From Eledone cirrhosa (taxonomy: Eukaryota), in assembly GCA_964016885.1 (NCBI GenBank), contig OZ024740.1:158906001-158970000 (forward strand): a stretch of DNA of 64,000 bases. The letters are read 5' to 3'. Positions within the stretch are counted from its first letter, which is position 1; every line of letters starts with the position of its first letter. The translations under genes were made by a program, and so were the position numbers. Positions 42,260 through 56,180 of this stretch are shown here, in pieces. The notes beneath the pieces are model-generated. The model did no database searches and had not been told where the DNA came from. It saw only the letters and a program-made list of their open reading frames with translations.

Positions 42260-43774
42260 GGATGGCTTGATGGACATACGTTTGTATATATATATATATT
42301 TATATATATATATATGTTAGTGTGTGTGGGTTTGTGAAGGTGCACATCTGAATGGTTAAGAAGTTCGCTTTTTAAATTGTTATGAAGTCTGATGTTCGAT
42401 CTTACTGCGCAATACATTAGGGAAGTATTTTTACAATAGACTGGTGTCTACCTGTCCATTGTTAGTGAGGATTAACGAAACGTCGCGAAAGCTTGCTAGA
42501 TGTAATACGCCTGACTGAGGTACACGTGACCGTGGAAGAGTCTGTCGCTTACATTATAATTCAACGACTAGGTTATTTCGTCCATCGTACAATTCAAATA
42601 CTCGCCGTTGAAATACAAAATCTTAAAACTGAGTAGATTTGACTTTACGAAACACTAAAATATCGTGACATTCTATATGGAAAAGCCTGGTCTATAATTA
42701 TAGTGGCGCCTAAATACATCTAAAGATGTGTTCTGTACTATAAAATAGTTCCTATACGATGCCTATAAATCTTATATTGTGTAGGATACACTGGATGAGT
42801 AGGCATTTTATTTGACTGTCAACTAATTTTATTTCATTATTAGCATTTAGGCTTAGCCTATTATTGTGTCAGGTTCATGACAAATAAATTTTGTTCTTTC
42901 CTTCTCAAGTTTTCCTAATTGCATTTGGAAACTTGCGGAGTAAAAACAGAATATCCCCCTCCACTTCTGTTATCTGTCAGTATATATAAAAGATATTAGG
43001 ATTGAGAAGTATCAGCCAACCTAAGCAATTAACCAGAAATATTTCTACATTACTAAATAATAGTTTACGATAATGGATTTTCTCGATATAAATTGTGTAT
43101 AATTTAATATTTGATTGATTACGGCAGGCAGAAAAAGAAGTAACAAGTTGATAGCGGAAAGTGAGCAAACAATTTAGACGTGTACATTAATATTATAATG
43201 GAATTAGAATAAAGTTATATGATAATGTTAATATCTGTCTCGAGCATAGACTCATCAGACCTGTGTTTAATCCAGGTTCATGCGACGTTAAGTGACTGAG
43301 AGTACAACATTTCGCTTTAGATGTCACGCTAGTCTGCTACATGGTTAAATCAAGCAGCAGCTGCTATTTATGTTTTTCATCTCAGTAGAATAGAAAAAGA
43401 ACAAGAAACAAAGTGCTGTGTTCAAGAACACAACGTACTATTCAATCTAGGAATCAAACTTGCGACCTTACGATCATGAGTCAATAACCTAACCATAGGC
43501 CGTGTGCGTTTATTCAGTTAGATTCATAATATTGAATAAATTGTTGCTGATGTCATCCTCGGTCGATCAGACCTTTGATTAGAGTTGTTCCAGCTGTGAT
43601 ACGCGTCTTTTCAGAAACAATCAATGTCAAACGACATTACGTCCTTCGTTTTTTATAAAGACGATATAGTATGATTTTAGCAAAATTTGGCTGCTAGTGT
43701 TAGCAGATCAAATGATTATGCAGAAGTCTTTTCTGCTTTAACGTCATTCAGAACATACCTGATATTGATATATA

Positions 43775-43990
43775 ATTATTTCAAGTTTTGGCACAATGCC
43801 AGCAATTTTTAGATGTGAGTAAAGTCGATTATATGAACGCCAATTCAGTAATGGTACTTATTTTAATGATTTCGAAAAATGAAAAGCAAAGTTGACTTAA
43901 GTATAATTTAAACCCAGAACGTAAAAAGCCTGAACAATTACCTAAAAACATTTGTCCGACGCTCTAATGAATCTGGCAATGCAACACCTT
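43775..43990 (-). mobile_element. Old, decayed SINE of the same superfamily
   Basis: ttttggcaca..gccagcaatt...ggtacttatttt...gaaaagcaaagttgac...ccagaacgtaaa. Confidence 0.6.
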
Positions 43991-44286
43991 TACATATAAT
44001 AATGACAAGGGAAGCATATTTATATATGTAACCAAAGTTATAAAAGAATTTTTGGATCAGTTTAAAGAAATAAAGGAACTACTGCTCACCTATAACATAG
44101 GAAATAAATCAAACTACTTTCACATTTCCCTGTTTTATACTTTTCGATTTTTCATATAAATATTGAAATAGAGTTAAATGTTTTTAAGTTTTTTTACTAT
44201 ATAATTCGTTTCTCTTTCATATTTCAGTATTTTAAAGGCTTTGATTTTTATTTAAAAGTTAGGAAAGTACACATTGGGTAATAATG

Positions 44287-44325
<39 letters not shown>

Positions 44326-44375
44326 TATATAACGAAAATAAAACAAAGAAGCCTTCAATACATCAAAATTCTTTA

Positions 44376-44418
44376 TTAGCCAACAATGTTTCGTCCTATT
44401 AAGGACTCATCAGGGCAA
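44376..44418 (-). ncRNA. Minimal hammerhead ribozyme (inverted-arm copy)
   Basis: Reverse complement of 47351-47393. Confidence 0.88.
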
Positions 44419-47350
44419 TCAAAACCACAAGAAGCACTATCGGCCAATACAAGCCGAAAACTCCGAAGAATATGGAGTGTACATACACTAAAGTATTGGA
44501 AGATTATGGGTAAAAATATATAATAAAAATCACTAAGGAGGTGGATAACATTTTGAACCATATTACAAATATATTCCAAAGCAAAAAAACTAGAGCTAAA
44601 CAAAGGTGGTTATATAGAGCGGGAATTATAGTACTATATGTAATACAATATAATATAATATAATATACTTGTAACAATATTAAAATTAAAATTAAAATTA
44701 AAAGGCACAATATACATATGTATATATGTACGCACACGTACGCACATATACATATACATCAATACACTTTTCCATCATTAACAGCACAAATTAAACCTTA
44801 TTAAGAGTTTAAATATAAATAAGCATAATAGGAATAAAAATAAAAATAATACGTATATCTAATATACAGTATAACATGAAGTAATGAGATGATTAAAAGT
44901 AACACATATAATATATAATAAACTATATAATTATATAATATATAATATAATATAATCGATAATCTCCGGTTAATTTACACAAACAATATAGATGTCACAA
45001 TAATACTATAATAATAATATAATAATATATAATATATAATGGCATGTAAGTTAACAAATCAATTCATATAGAGTTACAGAGTAGGTGAGAAAAAAATATA
45101 AATTGTACAATACCCAAAATTATGATGGTACAAAAATATAAACATCTTACATTATATATAAAATTTAACATATCATAATGGTACATAAAATCATCGGTAA
45201 GTAATAAGGATCAATAGTACATTTACAAAGAGTTGAATAACAACTTCAATATAAAATAATGAACATAATATAATATATAATTACTTATAATTACAAGGTT
45301 GGTAAACAGACACATTAGCTAGGGCATTATTATAGTACTCCGCATGTTCATTAAATGTTCCTACGTCCTTAGAGAGTGTGGAAATCCTATTAGATACACC
45401 CTTAATTATAGAGCTTATCATAGATTTGGGGTGGTTAGAATTGGGACTAACATATAGCCTTAATTGGCGTTTAGTAGCACGCTCTAATAACCTTTCTACA
45501 CATACTAAATTTTGTAATCTCTGTATCCTCGAGACACACTCTATAATTTTCTCTAGTGAATCCTTACTTAATAGAAAGTCTGAGATATTCTCTTCTTTCC
45601 CCCACGCTATTTCTAATTCTTACTTTTATTATAAACCTAAAGGTTCTAGTAGTGTAAATTGTATCCATTAGCTGATATATTCCATTACTTATTTTTTTAG
45701 TTTAGGTTCTTTTTGTTTACCGCCATTATTATCATCATTATTATCATTGGTTTTTACAACTTTTTATTCTAGCTCTCATAATCTTTTGGCTACTATACCA
45801 TATCTATCTTCTTACACATTAAATTTTCACTATTAACACCTTATGAGTATATATCTGATTATATATTTTATATTATTTTATTTCATTTTATTTTATTTCA
45901 TTTGGATTCTTCTTTGGATACCCCCCCCCCATGCACACATAAACTTATTGCTAACCCCTTCAAATATATTATGATTATATTTAATCCCCCCTTTTTTATG
46001 CTCCTTTCTATTATATAATACAGTATATTGATTATGATTTTATGCTCCTTTGTATCCTTCATACATTTCTTTTTTTCTGTCCCTATTAGCCTACCATAAT
46101 TCTGCTTAAGTCAGTTTTTTAGATATCGTTACGTAAATGATAGTAGAATATTTCATTCCTTTCTATATATATTTATAGTGAAATATTAATGTTTAGGAAT
46201 TTTGATTACTTAAACCATAGCTAATATTGTATTGCCTTATTAGGTATTTTAAATATTTTCAATATTAATTTATCAAATAGGGTTTTCTAGTCATTTATCT
46301 GGGTTGTTTCCTAAGTTTTTACTTAACTGCATGTGAGACCTAAGTAAATACTTTTGTTTTTGTTTTTTCAATTTCCGGTTGATTTTATTTATTTATTTAT
46401 TAATACTACTGTGCATAGTATTTTCTGTCTGGCCCTTATTCACTCATTCACATATGTGTCTGTTTACCAACCTTGTAATTATAAGTAATTATATATTATA
46501 TTATGTTCATTATTTTATATTGAAGTTGTTATTCAACTCTTTGTAAATGTACTATTGATCCTTATTACTTACCGATGATTTTATGTACCATTATGATATG
46601 TTAAATTTTATATATAATGTAAGATGTTTATATTTTTGTACCATCATAATTTTGGGTATTGTACAATTTATATTTTTTTCTCACCCACTCTGTAACTCTA
46701 TATGAATTGATTTGTTAACTTACATGCCATTATATATTATATATTATTATATTATTATTATAGTATTATTGTGACATCTATATTGTTTGTGTAAATTAAC
46801 CGGAGATTATCGATTATATTATATTATATATTATATAATTATATAGTTTATTATATATTATATGTGTTACTTTTAATCATTTCATTACTTCATGTTATAC
46901 TGTATATTAGATATACGTATTATTTTAATTTTTATTCCTATTATGCTTATTTATATTTAAACTCTTAATAAGGTTTAATTTGTGCTGTTAATGATGGAAA
47001 AGTGTATTGATGTATATGTATATGAGCGTACGTGTGCGTACATATATACATATGTATATTGTGCCTTTTAATTTTAATTTTAATTTTAATATTGTTACAA
47101 GTATATTATATTATATTATATTGTATTACATATAGTACTATAATTCCCGCTCTATATAACCACCTTTGTTTAGCTCTAGTTTTTTTGCTTTGGAATATAT
47201 TTGTAATATGGTTCAAAATGTTATCCACCTCCTTAGTGATTTTTATTATATATTTTAACCCATAATCTTCCAATACTTTAGTGTATGTACACACCATATT
47301 CTTCGGAGTTTTTGGCTTGTATTGGCCGATAGTGCTTCTTGTGGTTTTGA

Positions 47351-47393
47351 TTGCCCTGATGAGTCCTTAATAGGACGAAACATTGTTGGCTAA
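47351..47393 (+). ncRNA. Minimal type I hammerhead ribozyme
   Basis: ttgcc-CTGATGA-gtcc ttaata ggac-GAAA-cattg-TT-ggc. Confidence 0.9.
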
Positions 47394-47537
47394 GAAAGAC
47401 TTTTGATGTATTGAAGGCTTCTTTGTTTTATTTTCATAATTCTTCGGCTCTGTTTAATTACATTGAGCTATACCTTTTACTGTCATTTCTATAATACGAA
47501 GAGGGTGTTTAACTCCAACACGCTCCAGTATTTTAAT

Positions 47538-47602
<65 letters not shown>

Positions 47603-47689
47603 ATCCCGACCGCGGCGCCAAGCGGTTGGTGTTGTCTTCATATTCTCATCTTCATAAGTTATGTATCTATAACTACTGATGAAGTCATA

Positions 47690-47791
47690 TCTTCTTCTTC
47701 TTCTTCTTCTTCTTCTTCTTCTTCTTCTTCTTCTTCTTCTTCTTCTTCTTCTTCTTCTTCTTCTTCTTCTTCTTCTTCTTCTTCTTCTTCT
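47690..47791. repeat. (TTC)n microsatellite
   Basis: Seen directly. Confidence 0.99.
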
Positions 47792-49701
47792 AGATAGATT
47801 GATAGATAGACATAGAGAGAGAGTCGTCTTCAATACTTATTTTATCGACCACGGTAAAGTTGAACTCCTCGGGATTTTAACTCAAAGCCTTGAAAGCTTG
47901 ATTGAATACTGCAAAGGATTCTATCCAATGTTCTAACGACTCTGTCAATTTGCCGCCTTCTCATAAATTACGTGCCTTCAATTTTTATGTCTCGCTAAAT
48001 GTGGTGGTGGCACTTGGGAAGAGATATTCACTCTAACGAGCTAGTCGTTAATGACACCGGCTAAATTTGAAGGTATTATCCATATCAGATGCCTCGGATT
48101 TTCGCAACCATCATACGTTCTTTCAGCATTGTAATTACCAAAATGTGTAAGAAATAATCTAAAAATGTCCTTCAGCAACTGGACTTAGAAAAAAGGACAG
48201 GAGAGAAAAATAAAAGAGAAAAGGTCAGCACTGATGTAACAGATTTTTAATTAAAGGAATTCCAGTTGAGAGAATCCTATATTTTTTTCTGAGTGCAATA
48301 AACTCGGTTTATGTTATCCAAAGCTAGTTGGGTGTGCTTTGAGGGAGATTTAGCTGATAAATTTAGCAAGTCAAGTAGCCAACTATATGTAGGCAGATAA
48401 CACCATTCCATACCATGGAGGATACTGGACTATGACGTGCCGATTGTAACACACATACGTTTATAGAATGAACCTACGTCGGTTTTGATCAACAGAATGA
48501 CTTGTTCATGAAATTAACACGTAATAGACTGAGCATGCTAGAGACACATGTTCTGTTAACTTTATTCAAGGAGGACAAAGCATGACAATGTGTGAACAGG
48601 TTGGTCATTTGAATTGCAGCTACATACAATCCGATGAGTTTCCAAAACGTTTCCGCTTACCGAATTTCAATCATAACATGGGTCGGCCTGTTGTATGGTA
48701 AACAACATTTATCCAGAATGCCACTCATAAGATTGAACCCAGGATCTAATGATTGCGTGGCGAACTTCTTAAGCATTCAACCATTTTGCATTCAAACACA
48801 CATATGTATAAACACACACATTCACATTAATGTATGTATCTTTTGGCAGTAATATTAAGACAACGTTAAACGTAATAGGAGTGTGTATGAAAGAATATAT
48901 TATATGTGTATATACAATAAACATATGGGAGTCTCGATATCAAAGAAAACATGTTTTCGTTACGAAAAAACTATTTTCTCTCTTTTGCTCTCTCAAAGAG
49001 GTCAGTAACAGTCAAAAACGCCAAACAGCGCTGTTTCAAGGTTAGTTAATCTCCCATCAGTGACACACAAGCGATACTAACATGAAAATATACTATTTCG
49101 CATTATATGCAAATGAATATTCCAACCGAGGTTTTCTATTTGCTACATGCAAATGTTCATCACGCAAACTTTATAAAGAATCTAGTCTATTTTCATTTTA
49201 TTTCATCTGCCTTCATTTTATTTAGCTATCAAACATGCGTTGTAGTTGTAGTTCAAACGACCAGCCTTGTTACATCTTCTGTCAAGCTGACTATCGCTGA
49301 GATCCACGTGTCTCTTGAATGTTTAGCTACAAGCACGTTAATTACACGAACCGACTGTGTGTGTGTATGTGAGTATATACGTATATGTATTCAGTTATGA
49401 TTATATATATATACATGTATGTTGCGTGTTTATAAGGTATAACATTATCAACTAATATTATATCATACCACTTGGCCAAAGGCCATGATAATTAATTTTT
49501 CAGTGGGATTCGTCATTCTGACGTTTCAAAGATTCAGGGTTTTAAGGTTCGATTGGGAACAATGCTTATGGTAGCAACCAGAATATATAACAATAACATT
49601 ATATATATATATAAACAAATAGTAGAAAGGAAAAAGATTCTTTCAGTAGAAAATGTTGAAGATATTTTTTTCAGTGAGATATCAAAAGATTAATTTATTT
49701 A

Positions 49702-49737
49702 CAATACCGGTTTCAGCATTAAATGCATTGTCAATTG
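49702..49737 (-). ncRNA. Hammerhead-like motif with U3-A8 core
   Basis: caa-TTGACAA-t gcatt t aatgc t-GAAA-ccgg-TA-ttg. Palindromic ACCGGT. Confidence 0.65.
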
Positions 49738-50026
49738 CGGGTATCCAGAATATTATTAAATTGTATATTTGTACAAATAGTGATAATAATAATAATGAAG
49801 AAAATGAAAATAAACATGGGAAGAAAAATTAATTTTCACATACAGGTTCATTCAGAGAAGAGAGGTCATTTCTCTATCCATCCTACTCTGCTTACAGCAG
49901 AATATGTTCTAATGTATACAGTGACTGATCGGCATAATATGCAAATCAAGCCGATCTGTCACTGTATATTTTAGAAAATATCATATATTTTCACTAGCTC
50001 TGACAGTTGGCAGGTGAACAGTGAAG

Positions 50027-50068
50027 TGCACTGATGAAGTGTAATCACCCAGAAACATTAGTGTCTGA
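50027..50068 (+). ncRNA. Hammerhead-like motif (weak stem I)
   Basis: gca-CTGATGA-a gtg taat cac cca-GAAA-cattagtg-TC-tga. Confidence 0.5.
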
Positions 50069-51949
50069 AGTTCTGTTTACATGCCAGCACAAGAGCAAGA
50101 TGAGGGGCTCATTCTACTGACATGTCTTTAAAAATTAGGCTTCTTTGCATAATTGCAAACGAATCGAATATTATTATTAATATTTGAAAAACTCAGATTA
50201 CACACACACACACACACACTTATATATATATAACGAAGGAATTGTCGTAAGGAACCAGATGGACCATAACGCACCAAAGTACTCAATACTTAGGGTAGTA
50301 GAGTGGGTAATAGGAACAAGTATGACCCCGACGGTAGAGCTCAAGCCGTTACGACAGCTATTTCTGGACTAAATAAGAATTTTTAGCCTGGTAAATAAAT
50401 AGCCGAACTTCTCAGGGGATATTTCCTTATATGGGAAGATAGTAATTGTCAAAAGGATTTGTCAAAAATGTGTTGTAAAGACAGATGAATCTATCATGGC
50501 ATTTGGTGGGAGGTAGGGTTAGCTGAACTTGCCGGTAGAACAAAGAGGAAGTGGGGAAACCCAGTCAAGCGTTGAAAGTGAAATCTATACAGCAGATTCT
50601 AAGGATAGTGTATAAAAGGTCGAAAAAGTGTACTGGAGAAGAGGAGGGGGTTGAAAGAATAGGTAAATCGAAAGGGAGTAAAAGAAAACCCATTATAAAA
50701 ATAAGGAAATAAATATATAAAAAACAATTTCTGGTTACTAGTCTATTTCCACAATCACCAAATTTCTGATTGGTATTGCTAAGCTATAGAAAAGTTTAAT
50801 AGGTGGAGAATGGGAAAAATACTAAATACGAGATTGTACTGAAATAATTTTATAAAGCCGGCTTTACAGGGGGTCTAACACCACTGCTATAGATAGTTAG
50901 TAATCAGCCAATGCTATCTTATAATGACAGGTTAATAAGTTGAGAACAAAAATACTAAAATACTACTACAAAAAACTAATACAAAATATTAATACAAAAA
51001 TACTAATACAAAAATACTAATAGAAAAATACTAATTCAAAAATACTAATACGAAAATACTAATACAAAAATACCACTAAGAAATTTAGAAACCACAGAAA
51101 TGGAGCAGCATCCAGAAAGAAAAAAAATTACTGGGGTCTAACACATCTGCTATAAAAAGCGTAATCGGCCAATTCTATCTTAAAATTAGGGGGAGGGGTA
51201 CTCTGGCTACAGAGGACCGATGGGCTGCATCGGAGTAGGCGAAAGGTGAAAAAAAGACGGGGAAGGAGATTTGGGGTGGAAGGACTAGGAAGAGATGGGG
51301 GTAAGAAGGAAACATAGAGGAAAAGATAAAAAAAGTTACGTCTACCTTTGTAAGCAGGGGTTACCCCTTAGAAAATCAACAAGTGTTTTTTTTTTTATAA
51401 TGTTTTTTTTACTCCCTTTCGATTTACCTATTCTTTCAACCCGCCCTCCTCTTCTCCAGTACACTTTTATCGATCTCTTATACACTATCCTTAGAATCTT
51501 CTGATTTTACTTTCAACGCTTGACTGGGTTTCCCCCACTCCCTCTTTGTTTTACCGGCAAGTTCAGCCACCCCTACCTCCCACCAAATGCCATGATAGAT
51601 TCATCTGTTTTTACAACATATTTTTTACCAATCCTTTTGACACTTACTATCTTCCCATATAAGGAAATACTCCCTGAGAAGTTCGGCTATTTATTTACCA
51701 GGGTAAAAATTCTTATTTAGTCCAGAAATAGCCGTCGAAACGGCTTGAGCTCTGCCATCGGGGTAATACTTGTCACTATTACCCTCTCTACTACCCTAAG
51801 TATTGAGTACTTTGGTGCGTTATGGTCCATCTGGTTCTTTACCACAATTCCTTCGTTATCTATCTCCTATTTCCGTAGTAGAGCACTTTCCGACCCTACC
51901 ACGCGTTATCCAGACTTTTCCGCCCAGCTCAAGTTTTTTCACCCCCACC

Positions 51950-54225
51950 ATGCGAAACACAACATCGATTTCTCAACCAAGAACATCCCAGTTCCACCGA
52001 GAAAACTTTACCTTCGGATGCTCACGCAAAATATCGACCTCTTTGCGAAAAGACTAAGATGGAGAACTTTCTTCTACGACAAATACCGCGACAATCAGGA
52101 CTTCAATACCAAGGAGAGATTCGGATTTAATACCTACAAATCTCCCCCTCCAAACCCTATGCTCTCACCCTTCGAGAACGACCTTTTCCAACTGGTCAAG
52201 AGCATTAAATTCAAACCCAGACACAACAGATTCCTACAAAAACTCCGTAGCAAATTAACAGAGTATGAAAACACCAACGACATCATGGTGCACTCGGACA
52301 AAACCGGAAACCTCTACTTCGTCAACCTCGACAGATACCACAGACTGATCAGGCGCAGCCTAAACACTACCTATAAAAAGGCTAACCACTCAAGTATCGA
52401 GGACATAAATGGAGACGGACAACAAATTACCTCCAGCCTCGGGGTCGCTGACCGCACTGAACCCCTAGACCCACGGACTCCCTACTTCACACTGAAGGAC
52501 CACAAATCCGACTTCGACCGCAAACCTTCCATCAGGCTTATAAACCCAACGAAGTCCGACATAGGGAGAATTAGTAAAAAAATCCTAGACCGCGTTATAC
52601 CAAAAGTTAAGCAACACGCGAGACTTAGCCTATGGGTCAACACCCAGGAAGTAATCTCATGGTTCAGCAATATGGAGGACAAACAAGACATAACATTCAT
52701 CCAGTTTGACATAGAGAGTTACTATGCATCAATTACCCTACCGCTCCTTGCGGCCTTGGATTTGCCGAAACACTCACGCCCATCACCGACCAGGAAAGAA
52801 ATATCATCCTCCACGTCAGGAAGACAGTCCTACTTTTCTACAACTCCAAATGGATAAAGAGAGCTCCTGACTCCCCCTTCGACGTCAGTATGGGCGCGAC
52901 TGATTCGGCTGAGGTCACAGATCTTATAGGATTATTCCTACTATTTAAACTCACCGACATTTTCCTGCATTCGGCAGTGGATTGTACCGCGATGATGGGC
53001 TCCTCACCCTCAAAGGGTACAACAGCAGTAGTACAGACCGGGTCTGTAAACAATTAACCAGCTTCTTCCGAGACTGGGGATTTAAAATAACCCTACAAAC
53101 GTCTCTAACCCGAGTAAACTTCCTGGATGTTACCCTTAACATCGATAATGATCTGTACTACCCATACAGGAAACCAAACGATAACCTGCATTACATCCAC
53201 CGTCGCTCTAACCATCCTAGAAACATCACCAATAACCTGGTTAAGAACATCTCCCTCCGCATATATCGTTTGTCCGCTAATGAGCAGATATTCGACGAAC
53301 ATGCGCCTTATTACAACCACGCCCTCAAGCGGAGTGGTTTCCGGGAGGAAATATTCTATTATCCAGCTTCCATTAGCGGAACCAGCAGGCAACACCGCCG
53401 CTCACGCAGCGTAACGTGGTTCAATCCTCCCCACAACGCCGAGGTAACAACAACTATCAGGAAAATCTTCTTTAGGCTCCTCGAAAAACACTTCCCACTA
53501 CAACACCGCTACCACAACATAATCAACAAAAACACCATCAAACTCTCCTACAGCACCACACCTAACTTCGCACAAAACATCGTGTCCTCTAACAACAAAA
53601 AACTCAACCCTTATGGAAGAAATAACCTAGACACCAGTGGAGAGCCGACCAGGTGGTGTAACTGTCCTGATAGATCCATGTGCCCCCTCAACAACAGATG
53701 CCGAGATCGTAATGTGATCTACGAGTGTGAGGACGGACACCCCCAACAAAGCTTATATAGGATTAACCGCTTGTGACTTTAAGACCCGGCCCTACCAACA
53801 CCGACATACTTTCCGAAACCCGACCCGACGACATGCCACTACACTTTCGGGCCATATCAAAGATAATAATTGTTTCTATTTTAGGCACAAGGCCAGCAAT
53901 TACTCAGTACATTACTGGTACTTTATTTTATCGACCCCGTAAGGATGAAAGGCAAAGTTAACCTCGGCAGGATTTGAACTCAGATCGTAAAAGGACGTAA
54001 CTATGCTGGAAAGCATGTCCGACCCTCTACCGATACTGCCAATTCACCCTACAATGTCACTTGGAGCTCACTGTCCAGAGCTAACTCTTACACGGGAGGA
54101 CACCGTGTAACTTATGCTCGGAGGAAACATTACAAATGCTGTTTTCGAAGGACCAACTCCTAAACAAGAAAGACGAACTGGTAACCGCATGCAAACACAG
54201 ATTGCGTAGGACTTACCTCGCCCTC
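51950..54225 (+). pseudogene. Naiad RT plus GIY-YIG ORF, frameshifted and interrupted by a SINE
   Basis: STKNIP, RLRWRTFFY, FENDL, DKTGNLY, TLKDHK, RLINPTKS, FDIESYYASI, MGATDSAEV, YRDDGL, FLDVTL, YRKPN, TWFNPP, CNC..CPL, YIGL...FKTR. Confidence 0.93.
53864..54049 (-). mobile_element. Meta-type SINE inserted in the Naiad endonuclease
   Basis: Absent from the homologous copy at 5870-5900. Confidence 0.92.
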
Positions 54226-55367
54226 AAACCCCATAATTACCGGGGGGGGGGGGGGGGGGTAGACAAGGGCTGATATCCCCCACTTGCCGATTTTGTACTA
54301 GGTAACCCCTGCTTACAAAGGTAGACGTAACATTTTTATCTTTTGCTCTATGTTTCCTTCTTCCCCCATCTCTTCCTAGTCCTTCCACCCCATATCTCCT
54401 TCCTCGTCTTTTTTTCACCTCTTGCCTACCCCGATACAGCCCATCGGTCCTCTGTAGCCTCAGTACCCCCTCCCCCCTAATTTTAAGATAGAATTGGCCG
54501 ATTACGCTTTATATAGCAGATGTCTTAGACCCCAGTAATTTTTTTTCTTTCTGTCTGGATGCTGCTCCATTTCTGTGGTTTCTAAATTTCTTAGTGGTAT
54601 TTTTGTATTAGTATTTTTGTATTAGTATTTTTGAATTAGTATTTTTGAATTAGTATTTTTGTATTAGTATTTTTGTATTAGTATTTTTGTATTAGTATTT
54701 TTGTATTAATATTTTGTATTAGTATTTTTGTAGTAGTATTTTAGTATTTTTGTTCTCAACTTATTAACCTGTCATTGTAAGATAGCATTAGCTATTACTA
54801 ACTATATATAGCAGTGGTGTAAAGCCGGCTTTATAAAATTCTTTCACTACAATCACGTATTTAGTATTTTTCCCATTCTCCACTTATTAAACTTTTCTAT
54901 AGCTTAGCAATACCAATCAGAAATTAGGTGATTGTAGAAATGGAGTAGTAACCAGAAATTGTTTTTTTATATATTTATTTCCTTATTTATATAATGGTTT
55001 TTTTTTACTCCCTTTCGATTTACCTATTCTTTCAACCCCCTCCTCTTCTCCAGTACACTTTTTTCGACCTTTTATATCCTTAGAATCTGGTGTATAGATT
55101 TCCCTTTCAACGCTTGACTGGGTTTCCTCCACTCCCTCTTTGTTCTACCGGCAAGTTCAGCCACCCTACCCCCCACCAAATGCCATGATAGATTCATCTG
55201 TCTTTACAACAAATTTTTGATCAATCCTGTTGACAATTACTATCTTCCCATATAAGGAAATACCCCCTGAGAAGTTCGGCTATTTATTTACCAGGCTAAA
55301 AATTCTTATTTAGTCCAGAAATAGCAGTCGAAACGGCTTGAGCTCTGCCGTCGGGGTTATACTTGTT

Positions 55368-55407
<40 letters not shown>

Positions 55408-55409
<2 letters not shown>

Positions 55410-56180
55410 TAAGAAGATTTGCCAGATAGTATCAGACGTGAGCAAAGACTGGATGAACTCAAAAATATACTCACTAAAAGTCCATTTCCACTGGGAATAA
55501 TTACCAACGGAATAGAAAGGGTTAAACTTATAGACTTTCAAGAGCTTAGGACAACAAAAATCGAAACCAGGGAAAATGTTTTACTATAAGTCTCAACTTT
55601 CAACCCACAAAATATCGAAATGTTTGAACATCTTCGCAAAAGCCTTCTTAATTTATATGAAGAAAAATATAAAAAAAATGTCTAGAAACACATAAAATCA
55701 TCAAGAGTAAAGCACAGCCCAAAATATTAAAACATATCCATATTGGGGAAACACCCACAAACAAATTTCCAAACCCACTATTACAAAATATGGAAGAACA
55801 AATTGTGAGACTTGCATTTACTTAATTGAAGGACCAGAATTCAAATTTAAGGATGGATAAACCTTCAGAATAAAAGAAAATTTCACCTGCGTCTCGGAAA
55901 ACCTAATGTATGTGATTACATGCTGTGGATGCTGCAAAATTATGTATGACAGATATGAATTTCATTACGCAAAAGAATAACCATACACCGCTAACAAATC
56001 CGCGATGGAAATACAAGATAAGTTCCCTTAAGCAGGCACATCGCAACATGTGCAGGATTAGACATACCCAACATCAACATTTTACCACACTACAAATGCT
56101 CCGACTTTCATCCAACAAGAGAGAATAAATAAATAAATAAAAATTCATTAACAAATACAAACCACAATTAAATATGTAAT
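55408..56180 (+). mobile_element. Decayed Neptune-like PLE (RT C-terminus, Cys linker, GIY-YIG) starting at (TA)n
   Basis: Decayed frames: STFNPQN, GRTNCETCIYL...FRIKENFTCVSENLMYVITCCGC, LRKR..IHR, PQLN. Confidence 0.75.

Larger units (their letters stand above)
44331..47540 (+). mobile_element. Naiad-type PLE remnant with about 980-bp inverted pLTRs, GIY-YIG tail and two hammerheads
   Basis: 44334-45315 is the reverse complement of 46454-47435. YSLNWRLV...KFCNLCILETH...LLNRKSEI at 45450-45610. (TA)n on both sides. Confidence 0.9.
50233..55368 (+). mobile_element. Near full-length Naiad-type PLE with inverted 5' pLTR, partial direct pLTR, RT-GIY-YIG ORF and 3' pLTR, inserted in (TA)n
   Basis: 50310-51384 is the reverse complement of 54281-55368. 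51385-51775 is a direct copy of about 54985-55368. Coding region is about 51950-54225. Confidence 0.95.

Noticed and set aside
43236-43265. Minus-strand CTGATGA-gtct...agac hairpin
   Set aside because: No GAAA or stem I/III follows, so it is insufficient for a hammerhead call.
47660-47690. CTGATGA next to (TTC)n
   Set aside because: The remainder of the motif is absent and cannot be evaluated.
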